DNA of 64,000 bases from Strigamia acuminata (lineage: Eukaryota), in the NCBI GenBank assembly GCA_949358305.1, contig OX442314.1, positions 23,622,001 through 23,686,000 of the forward strand. The letters run 5' to 3'. Positions 62,665 to 64,000 of this stretch are shown piece after piece. Numbering within the stretch: position 1 is the first letter of the stretch; each line of letters starts with the position of its first letter. A model generated the notes under the pieces. It searched no databases and was not told the origin of the DNA. It saw only the letters and a program-made list of their open reading frames with translations. The translations under genes and the position numbers were made by a program.

Positions 62665-64000
62665 ATTGATAAAAAATATAAAAGATCAAATTAGTGACAC
62701 CCCCAAATTAATTGAAAAATCCTCCAAATCTATTTAATTGCACACCAATTATTCACACACTATTTTTATTTATTTGACCCCCCATTTTTAATTATCCACC
62801 CCCCAAAATAATAAAGACAAATTCTGTGTTCTATGATGTTATTTTCATATTGGACAACAGTTCCAAGCAAATTATTTATAAAAATCATATATTTGCTGCA
62901 TTTGTGCGCGCAGACAGGAATTTTTCAGTTTGATTTAGGCATCATGATACCGCGCGCAGACAACAATAAATGGGAAAACATTAGCCGCATTCAACATTAA
63001 AGACTATAGAGTGACGTTAATGTCTTGCGTCTCTTTTACGGATCCTTCCGCGTCACGATAAAAGCGCCCAAAGTTAGTAAACTCACTTTAGTCTTCAATA
63101 TTCAACGAACTTAACTTTTCTACTCAACTCCCACATTTACAAGAATGCCGTTCATTGTAGTACTAAGCCGATTCACTATTGAGCTACATACTCATGCTCG
63201 TTTTATACAATTTTAAATACTTAATGACTAACAGGTAGAGAAACCCACAACTGGAATTAAAATTATAGTGCTTTTCTGTGTTACATCATATAAGTATATA
63301 GTCTGAGTGCATTTCATAAAGGAAACAAACTGGTGGGTGCAAGACCGCCATTAAACAGATTGCAGATAAAATTTTTCAAATTTCTCAACCATTACTTGCT
63401 ATAAATAAATAACAATTACCAATTTACAAAAAAAAAAAAAAAAAAAAAAATTATCCAAAATCTTTTTCTCTTGCACCCTTTTTTATCATTTTCCCCCCTC
63501 CACTTATTAAAAATAAAAACACAAACAAGACGGAACAGCTTGAGGCCATCTATTTATCACCCCATTACAACAACACATCACCAATTAGACCTTCAGAGCA
63601 AACAAGGTGTCAGATAAAAACACGGAGGTCCGGAGGACATTCCTCGTGCCTCCCAATTTCTGACCGGTCTCCTGGGCTTTCCCTGGGTTACTATGTTTCG
63701 ACCGACCTCCAAGACAATCCAGTTTCTCCGCTTAATAAAAAAAAGATCTTTTTTTAAAAACTTGTCTGCTTCTTTTTCTTGGCTGTCTGACAGCGGAAAA
63801 GCTTCTATTTTTACCACCTTCGAATATTAACGCCGTACTTGCGTCATCAAGTTGCGAAGATTAAAAAAGGAAGAGGAAAAAAAAAAACGGTCAGACAATT
63901 TTTATCTCGTCTGCCTTGCGCTTGTCACTACTGCATAATAAAATGCAACTGTTTAAAACGTGCTTAAAATGAGAAAATAGTGAGGCCAATGAGCACAAAT

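Noticed and set aside
1..64000. CRISPR arrays, operons, rRNA/tRNA genes, and Schnurri-type GRCGNC-N5-GTCT silencers
   Set aside because: This is eukaryotic intron-rich DNA; the tandem arrays lack unique spacers and no RNA genes were recognised. A manual, non-exhaustive check found no correctly spaced silencer element.

Overview
AT-rich eukaryotic (animal, arthropod-like) genomic DNA. The window is dominated by one intron-rich minus-strand gene, a short gastrulation/chordin orthologue (secreted BMP antagonist). I traced 15 GT-AG coding exons from 40371 down to 504. They total 2028 nt, about 676 codons, with compatible phases at all 14 junctions, and encode CR1 (vWC), the CHRD stem and CR2. CR3/CR4 lie beyond the left edge. 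The exon with the start codon and signal/anchor was not found in the 23.6 kb upstream of the first CR1 exon. Introns and upstream DNA carry many non-autonomous DNA transposons: Tc2/pogo-like and other Tc1/mariner-like MITEs, hAT-like elements, a young P-like element with perfect 85-bp TIRs and a 7-bp TSD, a decayed Mutator/FLYWCH fragment and a Helitron-like composite. There are also minisatellites and several GC/CpG-rich candidate enhancers. Most ORFs in the supplied track are spurious. I found no clearly novel gene system. The most interesting leads are regulatory or splicing-related: a Su(H)/Dorsal composite site with neurogenic-enhancer-like neighbours, many RFX X-boxes, a symmetric micro-exon carrying a putative Tolloid site, and an atypical GTTGAGT donor. 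All motif calls come from reading by eye, not from computed scans.
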